A stretch of 64,000 nt of DNA from Vicinamibacterales bacterium (GCA_965207265.1 OZ242279.1:4763359-4827358); one strand, 5' to 3'; positions 27,080 through 36,619 are shown, numbered from the stretch's first letter. Notes: a model not told the origin generated them from the letters alone. Program-made: numbers and translations.

Positions 27080-27382
27080 AGCAGATGGGTCGCCATCCTG
27101 CGGCCGGCTCGTTCGGTTCGTGCTTCCCGGACGTCCGGATCAAGTAGTTGGAGTTGTGTGTGGCGCCGGCAAAGTCTACCGCTGGGAGCGACAACCGGGA
27201 TGGACGACGCCCTGCCGACGGTTGGCATGACGATGCGGTTCCTGGCCTTGTGCGACCTGTACGGTTCGCATCGGGCCACGGCTGGGGATGAAACGGCCGG
27301 CGTAAACGGCGAGGTCCTGGGGCCACGCTCTGACGTGGCCATCAGTTCCGATTACAAGCGAGCCCAGAACAGGAGAACCTCG

Positions 27383-28147
27383 ATGCGCAGGATGATGACA
27401 GCATTGATGATCGCGGCGGCCGCGATCGCGTGCGGCGACGAGCCGCAGCAGGCACCGCTTTCCCCGAGCCCCGCCAGGGGCCCCGATCTGTCGAGCTCGG
27501 TCAACAAGGCGCCGACGCCGGCGAGCACGCTGGCGACCGGAGCGATCTCGAAGGCCGCCGGCCTGGCGACGCAGACGCCAGCGCAGGACCGGGACACGAC
27601 GCCCGCCGAGGGGGCCAACTGGAGCGAGATCCCCGACGACGCGATCCGCCAGGCAAGCCCCCCGCACCACTCGGGAGTGCAGTTCAGCGTCTCGCCCAGC
27701 CGCGTGGTGGCAGGTCAGCAGTTCACGGTAACGGTCCGCGTGCCGTCGGGAGTACGCGACACGGATGGGAGTGGGCGCTACGGAACGTGGACCATGGAGT
27801 GGTTCCACGGTGGATACGGACAGCACGTCGCAAAGGGAGACTGCAACGGCACCGACAACAACTGGAGAACCTGCGAGTTCACAGTCCCGTACGCAAGCGG
27901 GCTTCTGTGGGTGAGCAACCCGAACGAGCAGACCGACACGGCCTGCTGGGACGGCGAGACCTACGGCAGGTGGACGTTTCCGGCCCGTTGCTGGGATGCA
28001 AAGATCGTTCTGAGGACGACCGGCGACGGCGGAAGTGCCGGCCGGTTCTGGCGCAACGTCCTATGTGTAGGCATCCACCACCCGACCAACAGCAACGCCG
28101 AGCGGCGCCGGATCACCCACTCGAGGTGCGACCAGTACATCAACTAG
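27383..28147 (+). CDS. lipoprotein (hypothetical), Cys-rich C-terminal domain
   Basis: ATG 27383 after AGGAGAA. MRRMMTALMIAAAAIACGDE has a lipobox-like AIAC. High GC3. Confidence 0.6.
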   Translation: MRRMMTALMIAAAAIACGDEPQQAPLSPSPARGPDLSSSVNKAPTPASTLATGAISKAAGLATQTPAQDRDTTPAEGANWSEIPDDAIRQASPPHHSGVQFSVSPSRVVAGQQFTVTVRVPSGVRDTDGSGRYGTWTMEWFHGGYGQHVAKGDCNGTDNNWRTCEFTVPYASGLLWVSNPNEQTDTACWDGETYGRWTFPARCWDAKIVLRTTGDGGSAGRFWRNVLCVGIHHPTNSNAERRRITHSRCDQYIN

Positions 28148-28297
28148 CGACGCTGCGCCTCCGACCGACGAGCGTGTAGGGCGCGGTACCTGCTGACGGC
28201 AGATCGGACTCTAGCCGCTGCTCGACGAGATCGAACGCATCGTGATCTGACGGGATGCGCACGCGCCCCACGTTGTCGGTCGCCGGCGCCGGCATCT

Positions 28298-28476
28298 ACG
28301 AGGAGGCAGGCCGTATTCCTCGCCCGCGCCTCGGCCGCGATGTCTGGCCGGTGGCGGCCTCCGAGTCGTCGTCGGCCGTGGTCGCCTTCACGGCGTCGAT
28401 GCTGACCGCAACCCGGGCGGCGGCGCCGGCGCCGGCGCGGGCGTTCTCCGACGCGCTCTCCGGAATCCTCCCCTGA
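28298..28476 (+). pseudogene. 3'-terminal fragment of the Ser/Thr kinase gene (copy 2)
   Basis: AGRIPRPRLGRDVWPVAASESSSAVVAFTASMLTATRAAAPAPARAFSDALSGILP followed by a stop. Matches the last ~60 codons of 30361..33063. Confidence 0.75.
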
Positions 28477-28837
28477 AGCAGATGGGTCGCCATCCTGCGG
28501 CCGGCTCGTTCGGTTCGTGCTTCCCGGACGTCTCGATCAAGTAGTTGGAGTCGTGTGGCGCCGGCAAAGTCTACCGCTGGGAACGACAACCGGGATGGAC
28601 GACGCCCTGCCGACGGTTGGCATGACGATGCGGTTCCTGGTCTTGTGCGACCTGTACGGTTCGCATTGGGCCACTTGTTGGCGAAAGCCTGCGGGCCGGG
28701 GCGCCGTGCCTGCCCGGCGACGACGCGGTACGGGCGAGGGGTGGAGCTCTATAGGGTGCCGACCCCCCACACGGAGTCACACGCCATTGAGCGGCCGAAT
28801 CGGGACCGGTCGGCATCCTGCGTCTCCTCGAACAAGA

Positions 28838-29158
28838 ATGGGGGAAGACCTGCCCGTGACCAGACCTCGTCGCCTGCGCCGGACCGATCTGATGGCGCAC
28901 TTCGTGGAGCACTTTGCGGCCCGCGGCCTCAGGCTGCGCCGCGCCGACGCGCGCGAGTTCCTCGAAGAGCTCCACCGACTCTGCGTACAACAGTTGAAGG
29001 ACACTGGCGAGTTCACGTTGCCCCGCATGGCGAAATTCGTAGTGCGCCAACGACGAGCGCGGACCGGGCGCAATCCCGGGACCGGAGAAGCTATCCGGAT
29101 CGAGGCGAAGAAGGCGGTCGGCGTCAGGGTCGCGCAGCAGCTCAAGGACTCGCTCTAG
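28838..29158 (+). CDS. HU/IHF-family DNA-binding protein with short N-terminal extension
   Basis: RRTDLMAHFVEHFAARGLRLRRADAREFLEEL...FTLPRMAKFVVRQRRARTGRNPGTGEAIRIEAKKAVGVRVAQQLKDSL. The R.GRNP.TGE.I.I arm motif is present. Confidence 0.8.
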   Translation: MGEDLPVTRPRRLRRTDLMAHFVEHFAARGLRLRRADAREFLEELHRLCVQQLKDTGEFTLPRMAKFVVRQRRARTGRNPGTGEAIRIEAKKAVGVRVAQQLKDSL

Positions 29159-29512
29159 TGGACGGGTGTCGGGGGTGCGGCGCCTCAGCCCCCGAAGCAA
29201 GGTGCGTTGGGAGATCCGGGTCGAGCCGACCTCGACCGGGGGAATCACCATCGTCCTGCCGGGGGACCGGCCCTGCGACGCGGCGGGTGCGGTATGCACG
29301 GCGGGGGGGCAAGCGGCTCTCGAACAGCCCGCCGGCAAACGGTGCGGCGCCGGTGCACGGGACGGAGTTGCGCGACATGGGAGAATCCGCGCACTCGAGG
29401 CGACGGTTCGTCGAGCGCCGGAGTGTAACGCGTTCCGGTTCGGTCGGCGACACCGAGACGCCGCCGCCGTTGTGGCGTCCACCTTCCGGCGAGCGGCCGA
29501 AACAAGGGCGGG

Positions 29513-30151
29513 TTGCCGAGCGCCGCCGTCGCGGTGCACGATACGTGGCACTTGTCTGAACCATCCGCCCGCCGTGGTTCCAGCTCCGAGGGGCGTCTGC
29601 TCGCGCGGGCGCGCGCGGGCAGTCGCTCGGCGTTGGACGTGCTGTTCCGGCGCTATGGGGTCTGGCTGCGGCGCTGGGCGCGGGGCCGCCTGCCGTCGTG
29701 GGCGCGCGGGGCCGTCGACACCAGCGACCTGGTCCAGGACACGCTGCAGCACACGTTCGCGCGGCTCGGCGGCTTCAAGTCGAAACAAAGCCGGGCGCTG
29801 CGGATCTACCTGCGGCGCGCCGTCGAGAACCGGATCCGGGACGAGTTGCGGCAGGTGACTCGTCGCCGGGAGATCAGGGTGGCGGCCGAGCCGGTTGTGC
29901 CTTCGGACGCCGCGGCGCCGCAACATGGGCGGTTGCTCGACGACGAGACCTGGAGGCGTTATCTCGACGGGCTCGAGCGCCTGGCGGCTCGCGACAGGCG
30001 GCTGATCGTCGGCCGCACCGAGCTGGGGTACAGCTTCCGGCAGCTCGCGCTGGTCGAGCGCCTGTCGAGCCCGGACGCGGCGCGCATGGCGCTGCGGCGC
30101 GCGCTGCTCCGGCTGAGTGACGCGACCCCGGGATTGAAGCGCCAATCCTGA
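29513..30151 (+). CDS. ECF-type RNA polymerase sigma-70 family factor
   Basis: Region 2 (DTSDLVQDTLQHTFARL ... YLRRAVENRIRDELR) and region 4 HTH (GYSFRQLALVERLSSPDAARMALRRALLRL). The exact start is uncertain (TTG 29513 or GTG 29534). Confidence 0.8.
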   Translation: MPSAAVAVHDTWHLSEPSARRGSSSEGRLLARARAGSRSALDVLFRRYGVWLRRWARGRLPSWARGAVDTSDLVQDTLQHTFARLGGFKSKQSRALRIYLRRAVENRIRDELRQVTRRREIRVAAEPVVPSDAAAPQHGRLLDDETWRRYLDGLERLAARDRRLIVGRTELGYSFRQLALVERLSSPDAARMALRRALLRLSDATPGLKRQS

Positions 30152-30360
30152 CGGTGTCGTTCGGCGCCGTCCGTCCGGCTCGGGCGCGCGGCTGTCCCGG
30201 AGCCGGTCCGTTCCGCAGGCGCGCCGCCTGCCCCTCGAAGCGGGCCGACGGTTTTCGCGCGCTGCGACCGTTCGGATCCTGCCTCACGGACGTCTGTATC
30301 GATTAGAGCACAGAAGGGCCGGTTCCGGGTCTCGAGGCGGCGTGCAATGACGCCGCCTCG

Positions 30361-33063
30361 GTGGTGGGTGCAGTGTCGAGAGATGGTTCTGTGGACAACG
30401 ACGGTCGTGACGATGTCGTCGTCGACGTGGCCGAAGCGCTGACGTTGAACCAGGACGTGCAATGGGACCGGTGCGTGCGGCTGGCCACGCCCGCCAGCCG
30501 CCGGTCGCTCGACGGCCTGCGGGTGTTCGCGCGGGTCCGCGAGGCCTTCGCCGCCGCCGCGGATGCGCCGCCAGGTTCCTCGGCGGCGACCACTGCCGAA
30601 CCGTCCGCCGGCGTCTTCGTCCGCCGCTTCGCCTACGCGCTCATCGCCGTCGCCGCGGTCGAGGTGGCGGCGACGCTGGCGCTGCTCGCGTGGGTCTGGG
30701 ACGACTACCACCGGGCGTACGGTGACTTGGCCATCTATTTCGACGGCGTGCTGATCGGAAGTGTATCGAGCGCGTGCGTGTTGCTGTTGGCGATGCGCCG
30801 CGACCGGCGGACGGCGCTGCTGGCGGCCTATTTCCTGCTCAACGCGACGATAGTGCACCCCTCGGCGCTGCTGGCCCTGCTGTGGGGAATGGACCCGCGG
30901 GAGCTGTTCGGCTACCCGTGGGTGTACCCGTTCATGTTCGCGCCCGCGTTCCTGTGGGCGTTCGCCCGCGCGTGTCCCCGGGTGCATCGGCGAACGCGTC
31001 TGGACGATCTTTCCCGCCGCATGGTCTCGGTCAGCGTGGCGGCCGGGTGCGTGCTCTGGGTCGCGCTGGCGGCGTCGCTGGAATCGGCGCGGGCGGGCTA
31101 CCTGGACGAGGCGTGGTTCTGGGCGGTCCTCGATGGGTCGATCGCCGCCCTGAGACTGTCGGAATTCGCGGCTGTGGTGGTCGTCCTGCTGCGGGCGCCT
31201 GCCGCGCCCGCCGAAGAGGCAAGGCGCTTTGCCTTGTTGGGCATCGGGTTTCTGCTGTGGAAGGGGCTGGTGGCGGCGGACACCGTCGTCGAGGCGTTCT
31301 TGCCGGGAGGCTGGCTGTTCAACTACCGGTGGTCGCCGGCGGTCGCGGCCGTCGCGCTGCTGCGGTTCCCCGGCATCGCCCTGCTGTGGTACTCGGTGCT
31401 CGCGGCGCGGGTGCCACACCCGCGCGAGGTGGTCCGGGATTTCTACACGCGACTGCTGGCGCGCGGGCGCCTGCTCGGGGTCTTCGCACTGGCGCCGGCA
31501 GTGGCGCTGGGCTGGCTGGTGGCGAGCCGGCTGGAGCGCACCGTGGGGGCGGTCGTCGCCGACCCGCTGGTGCAGTCGCTCGCCGCGGCGGCCGGGGTCC
31601 TGCTGCTGGTGGCCGCGGGCCGGCGGCGGCTGCTGGCCCGCTTCGACGCGTGGCTCCATCCGGAGACCACCGATCAGCGGGAGACGCTGGCCGGCGCCGT
31701 GGCGGCGTTGGCGCAGGCAGCAGGGATCGAGGGCGTCCGCCGGACCGTGGCCCGCACGGTCGGGCGCGCGTGCGGCTCGCCCGCCGTCCTGCTGGTCGCC
31801 AGCCGCACACAGACCGAAGAGAGCTTCCGGGCGCCGGATGGACGACTGGCGCCGCTGGCGCGCGCCTCGGCCGTCGTCCACATGCTGGAGACGGCCGGCG
31901 GGTCGCTGCGCGTGCATCCGAGCGACAAGACCTCGCACTTCGAGCTTCTGCCCCCGAAGGACGCGGCGTGGGTGGCGGAGACCGAAGCCGACGTCGTGGC
32001 GCCGGTTCCGGGACCGGGGGCGGAGCTGCTCGGGGTCGTGGTCGTGGGCCGCCGCTTCGACGACCGGATCGTGCGGGAGGTGGACCTCCCGTTCCTCGAA
32101 GCGCTGGGGGCGGCGGCCGGGCTGGCGGTTGCGCGCCTGCGTGTCGCACAAGCAACCGGCGACGGGGGGTTGGAAGCGCCGGCCGCGCAGGAGTGCCCGC
32201 TGTGCCGATGCCTGACCGCGGCCGGCGAGCCGGCGCGGTGCGACTGCGGGCTGGCGTATGTCAGCTCGGAGGTCCCGAAGCTGCTCGCGGGCAAGTTCCG
32301 GCTCACCCGGCGCCTGGGAAGCGGGGGCATGGGCGCGGCCTGGCTGGCCCGCGACCTGCGGCTCGAGCGCGACGTCGCCGTCAAGACGCTGACCGGCGTG
32401 TCGGTCGCGCGGCTGATGGGGCTCAAGCCCGAGGCGTGGGCCATGGCCACGGTGAGCCATCCGGCCTTGGCCGAGATCTATGGCATCGAGTCGTGGCGGG
32501 GACGCCCGTTGCTCGTCGTCGAGTTCCTGCCCGGCGGGACGCTGGCCGACAAGCTTCGCCGCGGACCGGTTCCAGCCCCGCGGGCGGTGTCGGTGGCCAC
32601 CCTGCTGGCTGCTGGGCTGGCGGCGCTGCACGAGGCCGGGTACCTGCACGGCGACGTCAAGCCGAGCAACATCGGGTTCATGCCGAGCGGGTCGCCGAAG
32701 CTGCTGGACTTCGGTCTGGCGCGCGAGACGAACGACGCCGACACGCAGGGCGGGACCCTGCGCTATCTGTCGCCGGAGGTGCTCTCGGGCCTGCCGGCCA
32801 CCGAAGCCGACGACGTCTGGTCCCTGTGCGTGGTGCTGCACGAGATGGTGGCCGGTGAGCACCCGTTCGCCGGCGGCGGCGTCGACGAGGTGGCGGGCCG
32901 TATTCGGCGCCGGCGCCTCGGCCGCGATGTCTGGCCGGCGGTGGCCTCCTCGTCGTCGTCGGCCGTGGTCGCCTTCACGGCGGCGATGCTGACCGCATCC
33001 CGGACGGCGCGGCCGGCGACCGCGCGAGCGTTCTCCGACGCGCTCTCCGAAATCCTCCCCTGA
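30361..33063 (+). CDS. polytopic membrane / GAF-like / zinc-ribbon / Ser-Thr protein kinase (non-RD, HGD type)
   Basis: 900 aa. About 8-10 hydrophobic helices (aa ~90-440) and a GAF-like segment. CPLCRC...CDCG ribbon. Kinase motifs GSGGMGAAW, VAVK, HGDVKPSNI, DFGLAR, GTLRYLSPEV. Confidence 0.85.
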   Translation: MVGAVSRDGSVDNDGRDDVVVDVAEALTLNQDVQWDRCVRLATPASRRSLDGLRVFARVREAFAAAADAPPGSSAATTAEPSAGVFVRRFAYALIAVAAVEVAATLALLAWVWDDYHRAYGDLAIYFDGVLIGSVSSACVLLLAMRRDRRTALLAAYFLLNATIVHPSALLALLWGMDPRELFGYPWVYPFMFAPAFLWAFARACPRVHRRTRLDDLSRRMVSVSVAAGCVLWVALAASLESARAGYLDEAWFWAVLDGSIAALRLSEFAAVVVVLLRAPAAPAEEARRFALLGIGFLLWKGLVAADTVVEAFLPGGWLFNYRWSPAVAAVALLRFPGIALLWYSVLAARVPHPREVVRDFYTRLLARGRLLGVFALAPAVALGWLVASRLERTVGAVVADPLVQSLAAAAGVLLLVAAGRRRLLARFDAWLHPETTDQRETLAGAVAALAQAAGIEGVRRTVARTVGRACGSPAVLLVASRTQTEESFRAPDGRLAPLARASAVVHMLETAGGSLRVHPSDKTSHFELLPPKDAAWVAETEADVVAPVPGPGAELLGVVVVGRRFDDRIVREVDLPFLEALGAAAGLAVARLRVAQATGDGGLEAPAAQECPLCRCLTAAGEPARCDCGLAYVSSEVPKLLAGKFRLTRRLGSGGMGAAWLARDLRLERDVAVKTLTGVSVARLMGLKPEAWAMATVSHPALAEIYGIESWRGRPLLVVEFLPGGTLADKLRRGPVPAPRAVSVATLLAAGLAALHEAGYLHGDVKPSNIGFMPSGSPKLLDFGLARETNDADTQGGTLRYLSPEVLSGLPATEADDVWSLCVVLHEMVAGEHPFAGGGVDEVAGRIRRRRLGRDVWPAVASSSSSAVVAFTAAMLTASRTARPATARAFSDALSEILP

Positions 33064-33178
33064 AGCAAAGAGGGGTCGCCATCCTGCGGCCGGCCCGTTC
33101 GGTTCGTACTTTCCGGCCGTCTGGATCAATAAGTGGAGGTTGTATCGCTCGCCAGGTCTACTGCTGGGGGACAACCGG

Positions 33179-33412
33179 ATGGACGACGCCCTGCCGACGG
33201 TTGGCGTGACGATGCGGTTCCTGGCCTTGTGCCAACTGCACGGCTCGCATCGAGCCACTGTAGGCCTGTTGGCCGAAGGCCGGCGAGCCGGGGCGCCGGG
33301 CCTGCCCGGCGACGACGACTGGACGCGATGGAACGGCGCGCAGATGCGGGCGGCGGTCGAGTACCTTGAGCACGGGCGCGATGCCGCTCCGCGCGCGGAG
33401 CGGCCCGGATGA
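33179..33412 (+). CDS. small conserved ORF (MDDALPTV family), hypothetical
   Basis: 77 codons. 5' portions are repeated at 27200 and 28595. A diverged protein-level homolog sits at 20962..21290. Confidence 0.4.
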   Translation: MDDALPTVGVTMRFLALCQLHGSHRATVGLLAEGRRAGAPGLPGDDDWTRWNGAQMRAAVEYLEHGRDAAPRAERPG

Positions 33413-33430
33413 CCCCTGCGCGGCCTGCCA

Positions 33431-33877
33431 GTGCTCGTGCACTCCAGCGGGCTCCGGGTCGACTTCGAGCACACGCCTGGGGATGAAACGGCGGCGCAAA
33501 CGGCGAGGTCCCGGGTCACGCACGCCGGCACGCCTCCGGACGAGTCGGACGAGTGGCGCCGGACGCCGGCGACTTTCGACGACTGGCCGCAAGACTGGCG
33601 GCGGGGACGACTACGCGGTGCGCCTGACGGTGGAGACGTGAGCTCGCGGCGGCTGCTGGGGGCGCATCTGCCGGCGGCGTCTCCGCAACGTCGGGAGACG
33701 GTGGCGGGGCAGTGCCTGGGCTGCCGGACGCGGTTCGCCATCGATGTGCGGTTGCCGCTGCCGGTGAAGTGTCCGGACTGCGGCGACGACGTGCTCGCCC
33801 ACGCCGATATCGAGGCTCCGGGCACGCAGCCCCGGCTGCCGCTCGGCCCGCCGCGGATTCGGGGGGGGAAGCGATGA
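33431..33877 (+). CDS. hypothetical zinc-ribbon protein
   Basis: High GC3. CLGCRTRFAIDVRLPLPVKCPDCGDD has a CxxC...CxxC ribbon. G8 run near the 3' end. Start uncertain. Confidence 0.4.
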   Translation: MLVHSSGLRVDFEHTPGDETAAQTARSRVTHAGTPPDESDEWRRTPATFDDWPQDWRRGRLRGAPDGGDVSSRRLLGAHLPAASPQRRETVAGQCLGCRTRFAIDVRLPLPVKCPDCGDDVLAHADIEAPGTQPRLPLGPPRIRGGKR

Positions 33878-33970
33878 CAGGATGCAGGCCTCGACGGTCT
33901 GCAGCGGCCGCCGCGGCGGTCGTGATGTCGATGCGCGCCGGTGCGCGCAATTTTGATCGCGAGAGGTGAC

Positions 33971-35488
33971 ATGTTCTCCCGACGGTTTACGGCGGTCGCC
34001 GCGGTGGTCGTGATCGGTTGCTCCTCGGCTCAGGCGCAGAGCGCTTCCCGCGTCAGCTTTTCGCGGGTCACCACCGAGCCCGGTCTCGGCCGGCTCGATT
34101 TCGTGCTCGCCGTCGCCGATCTGAACGGCGACGGCCGCGACGACATCGTGGCGGGAGGGCGCGAAGAGTTCTCCTTCGATGGCCCGCGCGAGGACCGCTT
34201 CGAGAAGACGACGCTGCACGTGTTCGTCGGCGAGGAGAACGGCAGTCTCACGCCCGTGCCGGAGTTGGTCGAAGGGGCGATCGAGGCGCGCAGCGCGATC
34301 GTGGTAGCAGCCGACTTCAACGGCGACACGCGGGCCGACCTCGCGATCTTCGATGAAGGCATCTACGTCGGCGAGGAGAGCAGTGGATACGGGAATCCGC
34401 CGCAGTTGTTCCTGAGCAGTCCGGACGGCCGGCTTCGGCCGTCGGACGCGCTGGCCGACGCGGTCGCACGCGAGCACGAGTTGCGCCCGCGCCCCCACTA
34501 CTCCGGGCCGGCCGACCTGCATCTGAAGTCGGCGACGGCTGGCGACATCGACGGCGACGGCGACATCGACCTGTGGGTCGACAGCATCGGCGGCGCCAAC
34601 GTCTCGAGCCACTTCATGGTGAACAACGGCGACGGCACGTTCACGGTCGACGAGGCGCGCGCGCCGGCTGCGCTGCGCCACAACCCGCCGGAATCCTGGT
34701 ATCACCTGGAAGGGCACCTTGCGGACCTGGACAACGACGGGGACCTCGACCTCGCGCTCGGGCAGAACCGCGACATCTTCCCGAGCACCGTCAACCAGTT
34801 CAGCGTCGTTCTGATCAACGACGGCGCCGGAAACTACCCGGCACGCATCGAGTTGCCGCGTCCGGCGTTCAACGACGGCTACACGTCGGTCAAGGGGCAG
34901 GCGCATTTCGACGTCAACGGAGACGGATTCCAGGACCTGCTGGTGGTGCACACGCGCAACGACGATGGTCCGCCGGACGTGATTCCGTGGACGGGTCGCC
35001 ATATTCAAGTACTCATCAACCGGGGGACGCCCTCCCCCGTGCTCCGTCGCCGGGGACCGATGTCGTTTGGCGACGAGACATCCACCTGGATGGGTGATCA
35101 GAGCGCCGCGGCGCCGCAGCGCAACGCGGACGGCGAAGAACTGGCGAACTATGCCGCGCCGACGATGCACGACGTCGACCGCGACGGTTGCGCGGATCTG
35201 GTCATGTCAGGGAGCCTGGAAGAGGTGGGCACGGACGCGCCGCTGGTGTACCGCAACAACGGCAGCGGCCAGTTCGAGGCGATGCCTCCCGAGCCGTTCG
35301 GCGGGTCGGACGACACCCATGTGGGTCTCTATGCCGTGCCGGCGGACGTGAACGGCGACGCGGTGATCGACTTCGTGGTGCCGCGGCGCCACGACGGGCC
35401 CGACGGCCGGCCCCGCACGGGCGACGACTTCGGGACGCTGGTGACGCTGGTGAACACGACACCGGTCGGCCCCGTCCGCTGCGGGTGA
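33971..35488 (+). CDS. secreted FG-GAP/VCBS-repeat (integrin-alpha-like beta-propeller) protein
   Basis: Start ATG 33971 after GAGAGG. Signal MFSRRFTAVAAVVVIGCSSAQAQ. Seven Ca-binding-type motifs (DLNGDGRDDIV, DFNGDTRADL, DIDGDGDIDL, DLDNDGDLDL, DVNGDGFQDL, DVDRDGCADL, DVNGDAVIDF). Paralog of 50132..51592. Confidence 0.85.
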   Translation: MFSRRFTAVAAVVVIGCSSAQAQSASRVSFSRVTTEPGLGRLDFVLAVADLNGDGRDDIVAGGREEFSFDGPREDRFEKTTLHVFVGEENGSLTPVPELVEGAIEARSAIVVAADFNGDTRADLAIFDEGIYVGEESSGYGNPPQLFLSSPDGRLRPSDALADAVAREHELRPRPHYSGPADLHLKSATAGDIDGDGDIDLWVDSIGGANVSSHFMVNNGDGTFTVDEARAPAALRHNPPESWYHLEGHLADLDNDGDLDLALGQNRDIFPSTVNQFSVVLINDGAGNYPARIELPRPAFNDGYTSVKGQAHFDVNGDGFQDLLVVHTRNDDGPPDVIPWTGRHIQVLINRGTPSPVLRRRGPMSFGDETSTWMGDQSAAAPQRNADGEELANYAAPTMHDVDRDGCADLVMSGSLEEVGTDAPLVYRNNGSGQFEAMPPEPFGGSDDTHVGLYAVPADVNGDAVIDFVVPRRHDGPDGRPRTGDDFGTLVTLVNTTPVGPVRCG

Positions 35489-35556
35489 GAGCGGGAATTG
35501 GCCGCCGGGCTCGCTCGGGAGCTGCCGGAGACCGAGGAGAAGGAGTGAGAAGCCGG

Positions 35557-36474
35557 ATGCACGTGACCGTCCGCCGGACGAACCGGGACCCGGCACGCGG
35601 GCTGCTCGCCGCCGCCGGCCTTCTGGCCGTCGCCTGCAGTGGCGACGGCGCAGGTCCCGCGGGGCCGTCGCCAGTGTCGCCGGGCACGACATCGAGCGTC
35701 TCGGTGACCCATCCCGCCGACCACGGCACGATCTACATCGGCGACCAGGTGCAGTTTCAGGCGACGGTGTCGTCGAGCGGCGGTGCAACGCAGGCCGCCA
35801 CCGGTGCGGTCTGGGCATCGGATGCGCCGGCCGTTGCGACGGTGTCGCCGTCGGGTCTGGTGACCGCCGTCTCGGCCGGCGAGGCGACGATATCCGCGCA
35901 GGTGGCGGCCGGCGGGCGCGGCTCGCTGCGCATCCGTGTCTTCCCGCAGTTCCACGGCCGTTGGGAGGGCGACCTGAACGTGACGAGTATCGTCGTGCCT
36001 GCGGAGTGGCGGGAACTGGGCGAGGAGGCCTGCGACGGCCTGCCGGATTGCGCTTCCTGGATACCGCTGGCGGCCGACTTCATGCAGGATGGCGCGGCGG
36101 TCACCGGGACCGTGACGAGCACGTTCACCGCGCCGCCGAACTATGAGTGGACCATCCAGTCCGGGACGGTCTCGATCGACGGGACGCTCAGCCTGACGTC
36201 CGACGAGGTTGCGTACCGCGTGCCCGACGACGACGTCGAGATTCGGGCGCGCTTGATGTCCTGGGAGTCACGAGCGGATACCGCCGGCGTCATGACCGGG
36301 ACTGCGGCCGTGCAGTATTCCTCCAACGCGCTGGCGGGCGACGCCGTAATGGAGGGGTGTCTCGAAGCGGACAACATCCTTCGGGAGTGCTCCGGGTGGC
36401 GGCGGCCGGGTGGGAGATCCGCCACTCTCGGCGTGCGCCGCGGCTTGCTGCTTCGCGGCCGGTCAGGCAGGTAG
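35557..36474 (+). CDS. lipoprotein with bacterial Ig-like (Big_2) domain
   Basis: ATG 35557 after GAGAAGGAG. LLAVACSG lipobox. VATVSPSGLVTAVSAGEATISAQV is Big_2-like. Confidence 0.7.
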   Translation: MHVTVRRTNRDPARGLLAAAGLLAVACSGDGAGPAGPSPVSPGTTSSVSVTHPADHGTIYIGDQVQFQATVSSSGGATQAATGAVWASDAPAVATVSPSGLVTAVSAGEATISAQVAAGGRGSLRIRVFPQFHGRWEGDLNVTSIVVPAEWRELGEEACDGLPDCASWIPLAADFMQDGAAVTGTVTSTFTAPPNYEWTIQSGTVSIDGTLSLTSDEVAYRVPDDDVEIRARLMSWESRADTAGVMTGTAAVQYSSNALAGDAVMEGCLEADNILRECSGWRRPGGRSATLGVRRGLLLRGRSGR

Positions 36475-36619
36475 AGGGGCAGGAATGGCTGCCGGCCCGG
36501 ATGCGGCACGTGGGCTCAACGCCCACGAAATGACGATTCTGCCCGTTCGGCCGTTCGGTTTTCGATTCATCGGCGTTTTGAGTCAAGTGGGTGCGAAAAA
36601 GCTGCGCGGGAGGGGATCT

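Noticed and set aside
28571-30145. 524-aa minus-strand ORF and the plus-strand ORF 28555..29559
   Set aside because: They overlap the HU-like and sigma genes in other frames or on the other strand, and the composition is Arg/Pro-rich. A short stretch (about 29200-29340, RWEIRVEPTSTGGITIVLPGDRPCDAAGAVCTAGG) may be a fragment of some repeat-domain protein, but I could not support a call.
29959-33972. 1337-aa minus-strand ORF, plus the nested plus-strand alternative-frame ORFs 30774..32858 and 31229..32215
   Set aside because: They run opposite to, or out of frame with, the sigma factor and kinase genes. The composition is extremely Arg/Gly/Pro-rich and low in complexity, with no domain motifs. 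The kinase frame has full catalytic signatures.
33611-35170. 519-aa minus-strand ORF, and the analogous plus-strand ORF 49913..51616
   Set aside because: Both are antisense to the two FG-GAP genes, which have signal peptides and seven regular Ca-binding repeats in the opposite frames.
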